Shown: in pieces, positions 1 to 12,100 of the stretch
Layout of the letters: each line of letters begins with the position of its first letter
Numbering within the stretch: position 1 is the first letter of the stretch
From: Candidatus Undinarchaeota archaeon
GTDB taxonomy: Archaea; SpSt-1190; JASMDC01
Assembly (NCBI GenBank): GCA_964519305.1
Contig: CAZFHY010000003.1
Span: 34,111 to 98,110 of the forward strand
Reading direction: 5' to 3'
DNA length: 64,000 bases
The notes under the pieces: generated by a model
The model's input: the letters and a program-made list of their open reading frames with translations, nothing else
What the model was told of the DNA's origin: nothing
The model's database searches: none
Position numbers and translations under genes: made by a program

Positions 1-326
1 GGTATTGTTCATGGGGTGTCGGATGGGGGGACGCGTGGGAACGAGGACCTGTCGCTTTCTCGGCCTTACCTTGTGACATGATTATGAACGGGCCTGATCG
101 CATCGCTTGTATAGCTGGTGCGCTAGAGGCATTACGATGGCGCTGGCAGGAGGATTTGTCACCGTCCGGAGCGTTCACCATATGCACCTCAAGCGTGGCG
201 GACGAGCGGACCTGTGCAGCTGCCTTAGGAGCAGGTATCGGGTGGCGTAAGGGTTCTGCGGACAGGCTCGAATGCGCAGACCTGCCCCTGATTGTACGGC
301 GCTCATGTCACCGGGGTATTAGTACA

Positions 327-1211
327 ATGATGGGTACGGACGCGGATAAATGCCCTGATCATACCGTGGTCCCCCTCCATGATGACGATGTCACCGCGCT
401 CCTGATCGTCGGAGATGTGGTGTATACAGGATCCGCGGACGGCACGGTCCGTGCCCTTGCACGAGATGACCTCTCCCCGATCGCTTCGGCCACGAATCCC
501 GGTGGGACTGTCTTTGTTCTTGCCGCCAATGATACGTCGATATTCGCAGGCTCTTATGACGGTTCCATATCGGTTTGGTCGAGAAAGGACCTTGTATCCC
601 TCGGGTCTTGGCCTGCCCATCGGGAGATCGTGTTCGGCCTAACCTGGAACGGGACCGCACTTGTATCATCATCCCATGATGGCACAGTCAAGGTCTGGGA
701 TACGGGGAACAGGGAACGGATCAACGCGCTCGTGCCGGGACAGGGTATCCTCACGGGTGTCGCTATCGCCAAGGACATGGCCGTTATCGGTGGATTCAAC
801 GCCAGAGTGCTCGTGTGGTCCGGTGCCACCTTCGAACCAGATAGGGTGCTTGTCGCCCACTCGGGCTCAGTTCTCTCGACCTGGTCCGATGGCCGTGACG
901 TCCACACTGGTTCGATGGACGGGACGATAAAGGTCTGGCGTGCAGGTGAGGGCACGATACGGTTCGTACGCAATATCTCAGGTCACACATCGGCCATAAC
1001 GGCGCTGGACGGTGACCACGAGGTTCTGGTCTCGGCCGGGCTGGACGGTACCCTATTAGTATGGGACCGGGCGACCGGCAGCCTGCTCATGAACAGCACA
1101 GCGGACACATCGATGTTCAGTGTAGCGCTCGACCAGTGCCGTGTACTGGCCGGTCTGGGCAACGGTAAGTTGATTTCGTGGCCGAGGCCCGCGCCGGAAC
1201 GCTCACGTTAA
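327..1211 (+). CDS. WD40-repeat beta-propeller protein
   Basis: About 7 repeats with canonical WD40 signatures, e.g. AHREIVFGLTW..LVSSSHDGTVKVWD and GHTSAITAL..LVSAGLDGTLLVWD. The ORF track starts at 78, but the repeats begin just after ATG 327, which I take as the probable start. Confidence 0.85.
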   Translation: MMGTDADKCPDHTVVPLHDDDVTALLIVGDVVYTGSADGTVRALARDDLSPIASATNPGGTVFVLAANDTSIFAGSYDGSISVWSRKDLVSLGSWPAHREIVFGLTWNGTALVSSSHDGTVKVWDTGNRERINALVPGQGILTGVAIAKDMAVIGGFNARVLVWSGATFEPDRVLVAHSGSVLSTWSDGRDVHTGSMDGTIKVWRAGEGTIRFVRNISGHTSAITALDGDHEVLVSAGLDGTLLVWDRATGSLLMNSTADTSMFSVALDQCRVLAGLGNGKLISWPRPAPERSR

Positions 1212-1237
1212 TAAACATTTGTGAAGTATCTCATTCT

Positions 1238-2755
1238 ATGGGCAGGGTATCCAATAAACCCGTTAACAAAATATGGTCATCCGTCTTGATAATGGCGGTA
1301 TTCCTGACCATGGTCCTCCTTACTGGTTGCATAAGCCGTGAGGGCCCTGCCGAGGCCACTCCGACAGCAACGCCCCGGGCGACTCCAAAGCCGACCACTA
1401 CACAACAACCAACGGCCACGGCCGCTCCAACGGCAACACCTACTGCTACTCCTACGTCCGCACCCACTACCGTGCCTACAGCAGAGCCTACTGTCGAGGC
1501 CACACCCGAGCCCACTCCCGCTCCTGATAAGCGTCCGCTCGTTCTCCCCAATGGTGAGCCCTGCAAGAATAATGAGAACTGCGGCAGTGCCAACTGTGTG
1601 AACGGTATCTGTTGTGACGAGGGTCGACGCTGCTGTGCTCACAATGCTGACTGTGAACTGAGCGAGATATGTGACGATCTCTGCCACTGCTGCACTGAGC
1701 GCGCGGTCCATTCCGAGAAGGCCCTCACGAAGGTGGAGGTATGCGAGATCGAGAATGGCGATGCCCAGTACTGCTATCAGGAGGTCGCTATCGAGGAGCT
1801 GGACGGTAACCTCTGCGACCGAATAGACGAAGATGAAGAACGGGACCAGTGCTTCCTCAACATCGCCAGGGAGCGAAGCACAGGATGTCCGAAGCCGCCC
1901 CTCCCTCCCGGAGCCGAGGCGTGCTTTATCGACGTGGTGCAGGACAAGAACGCTTTCGTCGTCTGCGACAACATTATCTCTGATGATCTCAGGGATAAAT
2001 GCTATCTACTCATTTTCGACAATCAGCCCGTTGCGGCCATATGTGACCGTATCACTGGAAAGGTGCGAAGGAACGGCTGCCTCACTCAGCTCGCTAACCA
2101 CATGAAGGACGCTGCAGTGTGTGATAAGGTGGACGATCTTGATTACCGGGACCGCTGTCTCCTCGATGTCGCCGAGGTCATGAACTATACCGACGTCACT
2201 GTTTGTGAACGGTTCACCAGTGAGCGTGAACGTAACATCTGCTACGGACATGTTGTCAATGTCACCGCCATACGAGGTGACTACGCGACATGTGAGAGCA
2301 TCACCGTTGAGAAGTACCGCGAGCTCTGCCTGGCTGGTGTTGCCCCCACGATGAAGAGCACGGATGTCTGTGACCAGATCACATCGGAGGACATGCGTGA
2401 CCGTTGCTTGTCAGGTGTCGCTCCCGTGGTCGAGGATGTATCTATCTGTAAGAACATCCAGAGTGACGAGCCGCCGTATAATTATCGATCAACCTGCTTT
2501 ACCGAGGTCGCCCATGCTACCGAGGATAAATCGGTCTGTGCGAGTATCGATGACGTGGACGAACGAGCCGTGTGCGAGGCGTTCTCCACCCAGGACCATA
2601 CGGTCTGTGACAACTCAACTACCGAGCTCAGGGTCGACAAGTGCCGATGGTTGACAGCTCGTAGGTTCAACAACACCGATATCTGCAACATAATCCTCGA
2701 CAACGACTACCGGTACAAGTGCCTCCGTGACGTGTTCTGGTGGGACCAGAGCTAA
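1238..2755 (+). CDS. Cys-rich repeat lipoprotein (Pro/Thr linker, 10-Cys module, tandem C-x-x-I-x(5)-R-D-x-C repeats)
   Basis: Hydrophobic N-region ending in a lipobox-like LLTGC, a PTAT-rich stalk, then many ~25-28 aa two-Cys repeats (CDRIDEDEERDQC, CDNIISDDLRDKC, CDKVDDLDYRDRC). ATG 1238 avoids overlap with the upstream gene. Confidence 0.8.
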   Translation: MGRVSNKPVNKIWSSVLIMAVFLTMVLLTGCISREGPAEATPTATPRATPKPTTTQQPTATAAPTATPTATPTSAPTTVPTAEPTVEATPEPTPAPDKRPLVLPNGEPCKNNENCGSANCVNGICCDEGRRCCAHNADCELSEICDDLCHCCTERAVHSEKALTKVEVCEIENGDAQYCYQEVAIEELDGNLCDRIDEDEERDQCFLNIARERSTGCPKPPLPPGAEACFIDVVQDKNAFVVCDNIISDDLRDKCYLLIFDNQPVAAICDRITGKVRRNGCLTQLANHMKDAAVCDKVDDLDYRDRCLLDVAEVMNYTDVTVCERFTSERERNICYGHVVNVTAIRGDYATCESITVEKYRELCLAGVAPTMKSTDVCDQITSEDMRDRCLSGVAPVVEDVSICKNIQSDEPPYNYRSTCFTEVAHATEDKSVCASIDDVDERAVCEAFSTQDHTVCDNSTTELRVDKCRWLTARRFNNTDICNIILDNDYRYKCLRDVFWWDQS

Positions 2756-2982
2756 TCCTGCAGACTTGACCGCATGTCGACAATAGGTAGGTGCGAATTG
2801 TGTCCTCTATTGGTGCCGTACTCCCAGTAAACGTCCTAATTCGGTCTCTTAACTACTGATGCGTCTTGATATCATGAACGGGAGCACCTATCTAGGGCTG
2901 AAATCATGCGCAACGACGTGCAACGACTAACAACCACCCTTGAACCGGACCCGGGGATTGGCGTTTTTAATGAAACATTGCG

Positions 2983-3001
2983 GGAAAAATCCATTTATAT
3001 G
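2983..3001 (+). promoter_or_regulatory. Putative archaeal BRE/TATA promoter of the giant surface-protein cluster
   Basis: GGAAAAATCCA followed by TTTATATG in an AT-rich intergenic region, ~150 nt upstream of ATG 3153. Confidence 0.5.
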
Positions 3002-3059
3002 GTTGCAGCCTACTGCTTTGAGAAGGGGAGATTGTATATTCACAGGACGGGAGGGGCAA

Positions 3060-3104
3060 AGGTGTATCTCTTTGGGTCGATGATATACCCAAAGGAGGAC
3101 GCCT
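3060..3104 (+). promoter_or_regulatory. Stem-loop in the predicted 5' leader of the giant gene
   Basis: Perfect 8-bp core stem CTTTGGGT/ACCCAAAG around a 9-nt loop (CGATGATAT), extendable through bulges and G-U pairs to AGGTGT/ACGCCT. Confidence 0.45.
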
Positions 3105-3152
3105 CTCTTCATGCGATGTGATGTCTCTCATTCAAAATTGGAGGATTCGAAC

Positions 3153-6100
3153 ATGGCACATAAAGCGTTGAATAGAACATTGGCCCTCTTGGCCATACTC
3201 GTCCTTGCTACCACGATGGCGGTAGCTGAGGATGAGTGTCCGGCCGGAAAGGAAGAGTTTACTGGATGCGATGGTATCTATTGCATCAAACCACGTTGTC
3301 CAAGCGGTTTCGCTGCGGACTGTCGCATAGACTGCATCGGTACTACGGTGCGAGCCTGTGTGGACGGTTTCTGCGAGTGTATCGAACAGGACGACGGAGG
3401 TGATGATGGTGATGATGGCCCTGACCTACCGGACTTCGGTACACAATGCAACGTTGCGACCATCGACACGTCAAATCTGCAGGCGTACTACGAAACCTAC
3501 GCTGACCAGCTTTGTACAATCTCCGAACATTTCCGCCGATACGTGGGACGGACCGTTGCCGAACCACGATATGCAAATGAATACGAGTACTACTCAGAAT
3601 CGACCGATGTCCAGGGCGAGGTGCTCTCAAGCTATGAGGACGCACTGGGCAAGGCGATATCACATACCGTTACTGCAGAGGACCGTGCCATCCACCATAT
3701 AATCGATTTTGTTAAGCAGTACCGGAATGTCCTCCAATTAGCTGAATACACCCAGGAAGGATGTGGTGGCAGTTGTCAGATCTGCATGGCCAACGCTCTG
3801 GAGGATCCATGCACGTGCCGCGATGACCTGTGTTGTGCCGCACAGCCCAAGGAGTTCTGCGACTTCCACCTCAACTGCTACTGGGATGGGATGGACGAGA
3901 CCTGTAAGCTGAAGTGTTCTGATACTGATATGGACCAGTGCGGGGCGTTCAATTGCACAGGTTACCTCAAACCCAATATCAACTCGAACGTCGTCGAGAC
4001 CGTTCCCAAGGGATCCACCATGAACGATGTGTGTGGTCTCGGGGACAGTGCTAAGCACTGCACATTCGATTGGACAACAGACACATGTATCAATATCTGT
4101 GAACAGGGTACAAAGACGGGCTCCTGTACAGGAAAGCCGCTCTTCGCCCCTCATCCTGACGGCTATCCCCAGATAGAGTCCTACTGTGCCATGTACGACG
4201 ATGGGAGCAAGAGCGCAACGCTCCGTATCGAATACTCATGGGACAACTTCACCTACCACCGGATATTGACCAATGAGACCCAGTTCGGTGAGAACGTGAT
4301 CGACTTCGCGTTCGTCCCATCGACAAACTGTTCAGAGGACGTCACCATCACGGGTGAGAAAGTGTTCACAGTCCCCCGCGATGATGTATGCTCTGACCTC
4401 ACCAACCTCGAAGAGATACGCCGCCTGGACTTCGCTGATGAGGACGTTCTAGTTCTCGAGAGCAAGACCTACTCCAAAGAGTTCCAGGACGACGAGGAGG
4501 CGCACTGCCTCTATTTCGAGCTGGACAAAGGTGCGGTCGATATGCAGTTCACGTATGATTACGCGACATCTACTAAACGGTGGCTTCACGGGATGGCAAC
4601 GGCGCTGGACGGCCAGACACCCCGTGTCATCGAATTCCCTGAGGATGGAGGTACGATCACGACAAAGCTCGTCATCCCTGTAAATGTCGAGGTCACCCGT
4701 GTGAGCTTCGACCTGGAGGGCACGCTCACCGAGGACGTGGCGACAGAGGAGGACGGCTCTCACGGCCATATAGTGGCCGGGGACGTTACTGACGAAGCTT
4801 GCCACGGCCATGATATCACCGTGGGCGGGACGCTGTACCCCACTGCTGAGGTATGCCATTCCCACGAGATCGAAGACGGGAACGCCGCCGGTGGCTGTCA
4901 CACTCACACAGTGACCATCGCTGGCAAGGAGTACACGTCCTCTGAGGACGGATGTCACGTCCACTCCCCCGCGGACTCGTCGTCCGACGTCCACACGCAT
5001 ATGTTCATAGGCATAGTCTCCGCTATCAAGAGCCTCTCGGGCGATTTCGGTAATGACGGTGCGGACATTCCTGCCGAGGACCTTGTGGGCGCCAAGAGCA
5101 TTGAGGATGATGCGATCGCTGAGGCGTTGACAGGCATCGTCGAGACATGCACCTGCTCGGGTTGCTCAATTTCGGAAGATGGTAAGACCTGCAGTCTGGA
5201 TATCGCATGGTCAGCGGCCTCCAAGGGCCAGCTATCCATCAGCAACATGGAGTTCCGCTGGGAAAGCAATGCTGAGCATGACCAGGGTGTTGCAGAGGCC
5301 CAGGCGTTCGTGCTCTACTGCGCCGACGCTGATCCGACCGCTTGTGGTGATCTCCTCACAAAGGAAGCGCACCCTGAGAGGTTCTTTGCAGGCGATGCAC
5401 TACCTGCCGGTGTCGGCATGGAGCCCTTGACGCCTGCTCTACCCTGTGACGGATGCGAGGCCGAGAAGGACTGGAACCGTCTGACCATCACACCGGATGC
5501 CGTTAACGCAATTCTGGGCGAGGAGCGTGTGATGCACTCTCTGATGGTCTGTGCCTTCGCAGCTTCCAACGGTAAGACCGAGACCACTGCTGATGGTGTC
5601 GCCTGGTACGAGACCCAAGCGAGCATCGAGCTCGGATTCAAGAACATCCTGGCCGGTATCAATCCCTACCGTGACTTCGTATCGAGGTACGGACGTGAGG
5701 TAGCTCTCGGCGTAAAAATGACCGATTACAGCGGAACGGAGGCCTGCACTGACGGGGCAGGGCTCGAGCCCGTGCGCCAGTTCATCGGCTTCCTTTCAGA
5801 GGCAGAAGCGAACGGACAGAGCGCATATGGGGAGCTGATGGAGGAGGATGGTGTATTCTATGGTCTAGGCCAGACCCCCTTGGAGCTTGGCTTCGTCAAC
5901 ATAATGGGCACAGCGCTCTTCCCGCGGCTCGAGATAGTGGCATCGCTCTTGTCCGACGAGAACATCGCCGAGAACAAGTTCGCGAACCGCAAGATCGATG
6001 TGGACTCACGTGCTATCGTGAGCGGCCAGTCGGTGGCTTGCGGTTACCACCCGCTCAAACCCACTTACGAAGACATCCCTGACGACATCAACCAGCTCAC

Positions 6101-9100
6101 CGACGGAGTAATCATGGAGGACGGTAATGGCTGGCGATCCCTCGTGGCCGACAACGGTAACTGGATCCAAGTCGACCTCGAGGAGTCATTGGGCGTCTCC
6201 GGTTTGCGTCTCTACGCCTTCAAGCAAGGGGACGATATCATGAAGCCCGGTAACTTCGAGATACACGTCTCGAATGACACCGAGGTGTACGAGCTCATCG
6301 ACGAATACGTCTGGGAGCTTGATGCTGAAGAGACCCTTGTTGTGTTCAACCAGCCCATCACCGCCAGGTACATTGCCGTTGTTGTCGTCACCGATGTGAT
6401 CAATGGACAGTTCGCCACAAACACCGATCAGGTCGTTGATGAGGATGGCGACATCGTGCTCGCCACTGGTGAGACGGTCAGTGAGGCCCAATCCGGTCTC
6501 TCTGAGATTGAAATATTCGGTATCAGACCAGTGGCTGATGATATTGAAGCGTACGTGAACCTCGCAGATGGGACCAAGAAGCTCTTGGAGCGGTTCTCAC
6601 CCACGTCCTGGGCATTCGATGAAGAAGCGTTCCTGGCATTCAATGCCAGCGGCGTGGCATATCTCGCCTTGCCAACATCGACCCAGATGATCGACACAGT
6701 GCTCCTGACGGGCGTTGATCCCAACACTACGGACTACACGTGCCCTGGTGGAGAGGGCGAGGTCCTGCCGGCTGCGTTGCTCGAGCCCACTGGTGGTGCT
6801 GGCAAGCGTAAGGTAGTCATGCACGAGTTCCCCTTGGACCTCTCGGCGTTCCGCTTGTACGACCTTGAGCTCTCCTATTGGTCCGGACGCGAAGGTTGTC
6901 TAGTCGACCAGGAGGGATGCGAGGTGTTCAACTCGACCCGTGAGGCAGAGCTCCTCATATTGGACAACGCGGTCTACGTGGACACCATTGATGAACCGTT
7001 CTCCATCGGTCTGGGTAACGGGACGGGCATCGAGACAGGTGATGGTCTGTTCGAGATCTCGGTATCAGATACTGAGGTCTATCCAGGCGAGTTCATAGAG
7101 GTGTTCGTCCGGTTCACACCGAGCAAAGATACCGAGACCGAGAAGCTACTCTTCTCGACCCGTCTGGACAACGTGACCGACGATTTAATGGCCGACGGAT
7201 TCCGTAACCTCCTCCACTTCCGTATGGACAAGGAAGAGGTAAAGAAGCGTGTCCAGATCAGCGGCTGCTTCTGGGCGGACATAGTCTCGGTCCAGATCAC
7301 GAGTCACATGACCGATAAGGAGGAGGACGTGCTCTCAGGGCTCCACGAGGAGTTCGGTACATCCGCGGTCCAGACGCGAGAGCGATTAGGTGGTATTGTG
7401 AAGGGAGTTCCGTACAATGCTACCTTCACCTTCCGTGCAAGCACGCTCCATAACAAAGGATCGCGTTCGGACCTACCTCACACCTGGTTGCTACGTGCAG
7501 ATGTGCTGAACAGCTTCATAGGATCGAAAGGTCGCTCCTTCCTGCCAAAGGAGATCGTGATCCCGATCCGCATCTACAAGGAGGGTCTTGAGGACAAGGA
7601 AGAGGAGTCCTGCGTACCCGCGTGCTTGGGCGACCAGCTCATCTCTCTCGAGGTGTGCAAGGGGCTGTCCTTGCTGTGCACGCACTATATCCGCGACTTC
7701 TTCGCAATGACGACTATCCTCAAGGACTACTACATCAAGGCACAGAACGCCCTTGACGATATCGATGAGTACGCTTTAGCGGAAGATGCGTTCCTGAACA
7801 TCCAGCAAGGCACGACCGGTCTTGAGCGTGGTGCGTCCCGGCCCGTCGACCTGAATCTTGAGGTGCCAGCGCTCAAACGAGTATGGACCGACCAGATCAT
7901 CGATAAGGAACGGATCTCCAAATGGTTGTCGGACGTCATGCTCGGTCTCGCAAGAGGGCAGCAGTCGGCGGCGGTCGGTGAGATGGATACACGCGAGACG
8001 CTTGCCTTCTGGGACAAGATGATGCCCGAGAACCAGCAGTGGGCGCTAGAGCGGTACGAGGTCTGCAAGGTGAAGATGAAGAGCCTCGGTAAGTTCAGCT
8101 GCCTGGAGTTCGACGGATTCAAGAAGATGAAGGAGAACTCAAGGGCGGCCTTCGAAGCGGCCAGAACGAAGTATGGAGTGCCATACAACCAGCTCATGTT
8201 CTGGAACGGCATCCAGCGCAACCTCGAGGTCACCTTCGATCCGATCAAGAAAGAGAACAAGCCCAAGGAGGTGTTCGAGGCCTGTCTCGATGCTGACTGC
8301 GGCGTCAAGCAACAGACGCTTGCCCTCGATGATGGTGCAGATATCGCGCTCTCGGGCACGCGGCTAACACTGAAGTCGACCCATCGGGACCTTCCAAACG
8401 AGGTAATATCCTTCGTCTCGAACCTCGATCCCACCGAGCTCGAGGACATTCCGCGCCAGATCAGCGTGGACCTGTTCCTCCGCTCGCGACAAGCGACCCT
8501 GTTCTCGGAGAACGGTGTGAAACTGGCGTACCCGCCGTTACCCGACGTTCCCTCCGAGTACACGATACCGGATCATGGAGTGACCATCTCCTTCTCACGT
8601 TCCAATGTACTGGTCGAATGGGACCAGGGATCGTGCGAGAAGTGCGAGCTATGGATTACGACAGAACTCGGTAATTGGACCGGTCAGTGGTACGTGTTCG
8701 ACCTGGGACGGTTCAGCGCCGTCGCCAAGGGTTATGAGGAGCTCGTGCGCGAGGAGCGGGCACGTCAGTGGGCCCGCATGACACCAGTCACCTACGAGGG
8801 TGACGATCCGTTGAAGCTGGAAGAGATTATGTCCTTCTTCGGGTTCATGTCGACCGTGCTCAACGACGTGTGCGTCGTCGCACAGGAGAACGCGCAGATG
8901 CTCGCTCGGGGCGAGGATATCGCAGAACTCCACGACATCTCGAACGCCATGTCGCGCATAACCGAGAAGCTCCCCGCGGGCTGGGACCAGCTAGTGGGCG
9001 AGGTCGTCCGTGGATGGGCCGCGAACGAGACGGTCCATACGATAATGAACCTCGGCGATCCGATCGTAGACAAGGGAGATACTATGCGAGCTGACAGTGT

Positions 9101-12100
9101 GGTCAAGGCTTCGAACGATCTCCTTGGCTATATGTGCATGCAGACCATCCGGACCAAAGAGGGACCGGGTGACGACGATTCCGCGTTCACCGATCTGAGC
9201 GCGTTCGCCGATCACTGGGACTGCAGCCGACTGAGCCCGGCCGATTGCGGTCAAGGGCTCTCGGCAAGCTACTGTTCTCCGTCGGGATCACAGGGCAGGT
9301 GCGCTCCACTCACATCGAGCAGCGAGATGGTGTTCTTCGCCGAGCCTGATAGTATAGATGCTATCGAGCTAGCTGAGAGGTTGGCCGCACCCGGTGTTAC
9401 CAGCGTAACAGTTGTCTCGCCCGAATGCCTGACAGGTGTTCTGCTCGCTCTTGCAGAGCGTACGATGATCTGCGAGGACATAGATTCGCTCGCTGCCCGT
9501 ATGGGTCTGCTCGGGTGCACGCGTCAGAGGGCCGGCTCATGTATCGACGATGAGGTCATCGAATCCGTGGCGATCTCGTCCTGTAAGATGGACGAGTCGG
9601 GCTGCTCACCGACGACCGAACTGTCCGCGGACCACGACATCTGGATGGTGTCGTGTACCGGGAAGGCACCGCTACGCGAACTAGACCTACCGCAGTGTAC
9701 TTCTTACGAGATGACCCTCGATGAGTTCCCTGAGGAGCTCTCTACGAACGCAGAAGGAGAGGTGACCGTCACCGTATCCCTCACAGAGACCCAGCCTTGC
9801 ATGGCGAGGACCTTCGCTCTCGACGCTGCTCGAGAGGAAGACGTGGACGGATCGTTGTGCCGCGTCACCAGTTCCATGCCCATCTACTTCTCCCTGGGAG
9901 GAGAAGGAGTGACCACCGCTACCAAGAAGGTCGTGATCAGGACCGGTTCGGAACCCGGTGTTTGCAGGCTCGAGGTATCCGTGTTCGATGGTGCCAAGAC
10001 CACCAAGAACATAGCCTTCCCTGTGATCCCTGCAGATGAACCCACAGGCGAGTGTGCGGCAGGTCTCCACAAGGAGAACGGAGTATGCTGTGCTGAAGGA
10101 TACACGTGCTGCGATAGTAACGACCAGTGCGCTAGCCTGAACACGTGCACGGCAATCTCCGCCCAGGACCTCTACTATGTCACAAATCACTGTGACACAG
10201 AGAGCAACCGGTGCGTCGAGGACGATGCTGAGAAGTGGGTCCACTGCTCGGCGACAGGCAAGCTCTGCGAGTCCGGTGTCGGCTGTGTACCGCCAGGACC
10301 TGTCAACGTCATCGACATGGCCATCGATGCCATGATCGGTGATGAGTACCGCCGCGGAGAGGAGTTCCCTGTGTTCGTGGATGTGCTCGATGATAAGCTC
10401 GACCATATCACTGGTGCGACCGTGACTGTGACTGTTGGCGACTCCTCGGTCACACTTACGGAGGATTCGGCGCTCGGCTATACTGCGACCATGACGCTGG
10501 ACACGCTGGGTGAGCACACCCTGAAGGTCTCTGCGGACAAGGATGGGAACAAGGCAACATTAGAGAAGACAGTGACCATCTATACGATCCTGGACCTCTC
10601 CTGGACCGTTGATCCGCTCTCCACCTTCGCTGGGGACCAGGTCATCGCGACCCTCAACGCCGTTGACGGAGAAGGTCAACCTGTGACCGACCTCAAGGCG
10701 ACGTTCACACTTGATGGCAACGAGGTCCAGTTCGATGAAGGTCGTGTGCGCATCCCAGCGGACGTGGACACCGTCGATCCAGCACACACGTTGAGAGCTT
10801 GTGTCAGTAAGGCCTATTATCGGCCTGTGACGACCTGTGCTGACGGTGAGAAATGCTGCCGACCGAAGATAATATTTGTCGACGAGAATCCGTTCAAGAT
10901 CGAGTTCCCATTCGACGATCCGCTCGACCCCGACTGGCCTGAGCCAGGGATCGATGCTGATGGTGACGGTATGGACGACGGATGGGAGAAACACTATGGT
11001 GTATCCGATCCTGCGGCCGATCCCGACCTTGATGGCCTCTCTAACCTACAGGAGTTCCAGCGCCGGACCAATCCCACCAAGTGGGACACAGATGATGACG
11101 GTTACTCGGACCTCGATGAGGTTGAGTCGGGCACGAACCCGCTCGATCCGATCAGCCGGCCAGCTGGCGCTCCTAAGGTGAGGATCGACGACGACAACGA
11201 TCAGATGGACGATGGTTGGGAGAAGCAGCATGGCGTTTCAGATCCCGCAGAGGACCATGACCTTGACGGTCTCACTAACCTAGATGAGTTCCAGAAAGGT
11301 ACGAATCCCACAGTCTGGGACACTGACAGTGATGGCTTCTCCGATGGGAATGAGGTCAATGCCGGTACTGATCCCGTCGATCAGAAGAGCCGGCCGCCGC
11401 TCCCGCCGGTCATCGTGAAGGATGATGACGGTGATGGTATGGACGATGGTTGGGAGAAGCACTATGGTGTAGATGACCCGGCTGCTGATCCTGACATGGA
11501 CAGCCTCAACAACCTCGACGAGTTCCTCCATGGGACTAATCCGGGAGCTTGGGATTCCGATGGTGACGGTTATTCCGATGGCCATGAGGCAGAGGACGGA
11601 ACCGATCCGATAGATCCAAGGAGCAGACCCGTTACATCGCCAAAGCTACAGAAGGACGAGGATAGCGATGGCATGGACGATGGCTGGGAGGCATACTACG
11701 GTGTCACCGACCCCGCAGGAGATCCTGACCTTGACGGTCTTACCAACCTCCAAGAGTTCCAGCAGGGGACACACCCCACGATCTGGGACTCTGATGGCGA
11801 TGGCTATTCCGACAAGGAAGAGACCGAACGTGGGACCGATCCCGTTGATCGCAGGAGCCACCCCACAGGTGGGCCCACAATCTTTGTGGACGAGGACAAC
11901 GATGGTATGGACGATGGCTGGGAGAGGATGCATGGTGTGGACGATCCGTCTGAAGATGCTGACCTTGATGGGCTCTCGAACCTCGAGGAGTTCCAGTACG
12001 GTACCAATCCCACATCTTGGGATACTGACGGGGACGGCTACTCCGACAAGGAGGAGGTCAAGGCCGGTACTGATCCGGTAGACCCCGCGAGCCGCCCGCT

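Noticed and set aside
78-326. N-terminal extensions given by the ORF track (also 34833-34988, 25903-26016, 33237-33287, 37765-37806)
   Set aside because: They run through promoter-like sequence or precede the homologous start; downstream ATGs fit better.
2906-3121. 71-aa ORF upstream of the giant gene
   Set aside because: Spans the predicted promoter and leader hairpin; no RBS or motif support.
10950-12100. Regular repeats considered as a CRISPR array
   Set aside because: The 234-nt in-frame coding units have synonymous divergence; there is no repeat-spacer structure and no cas genes.
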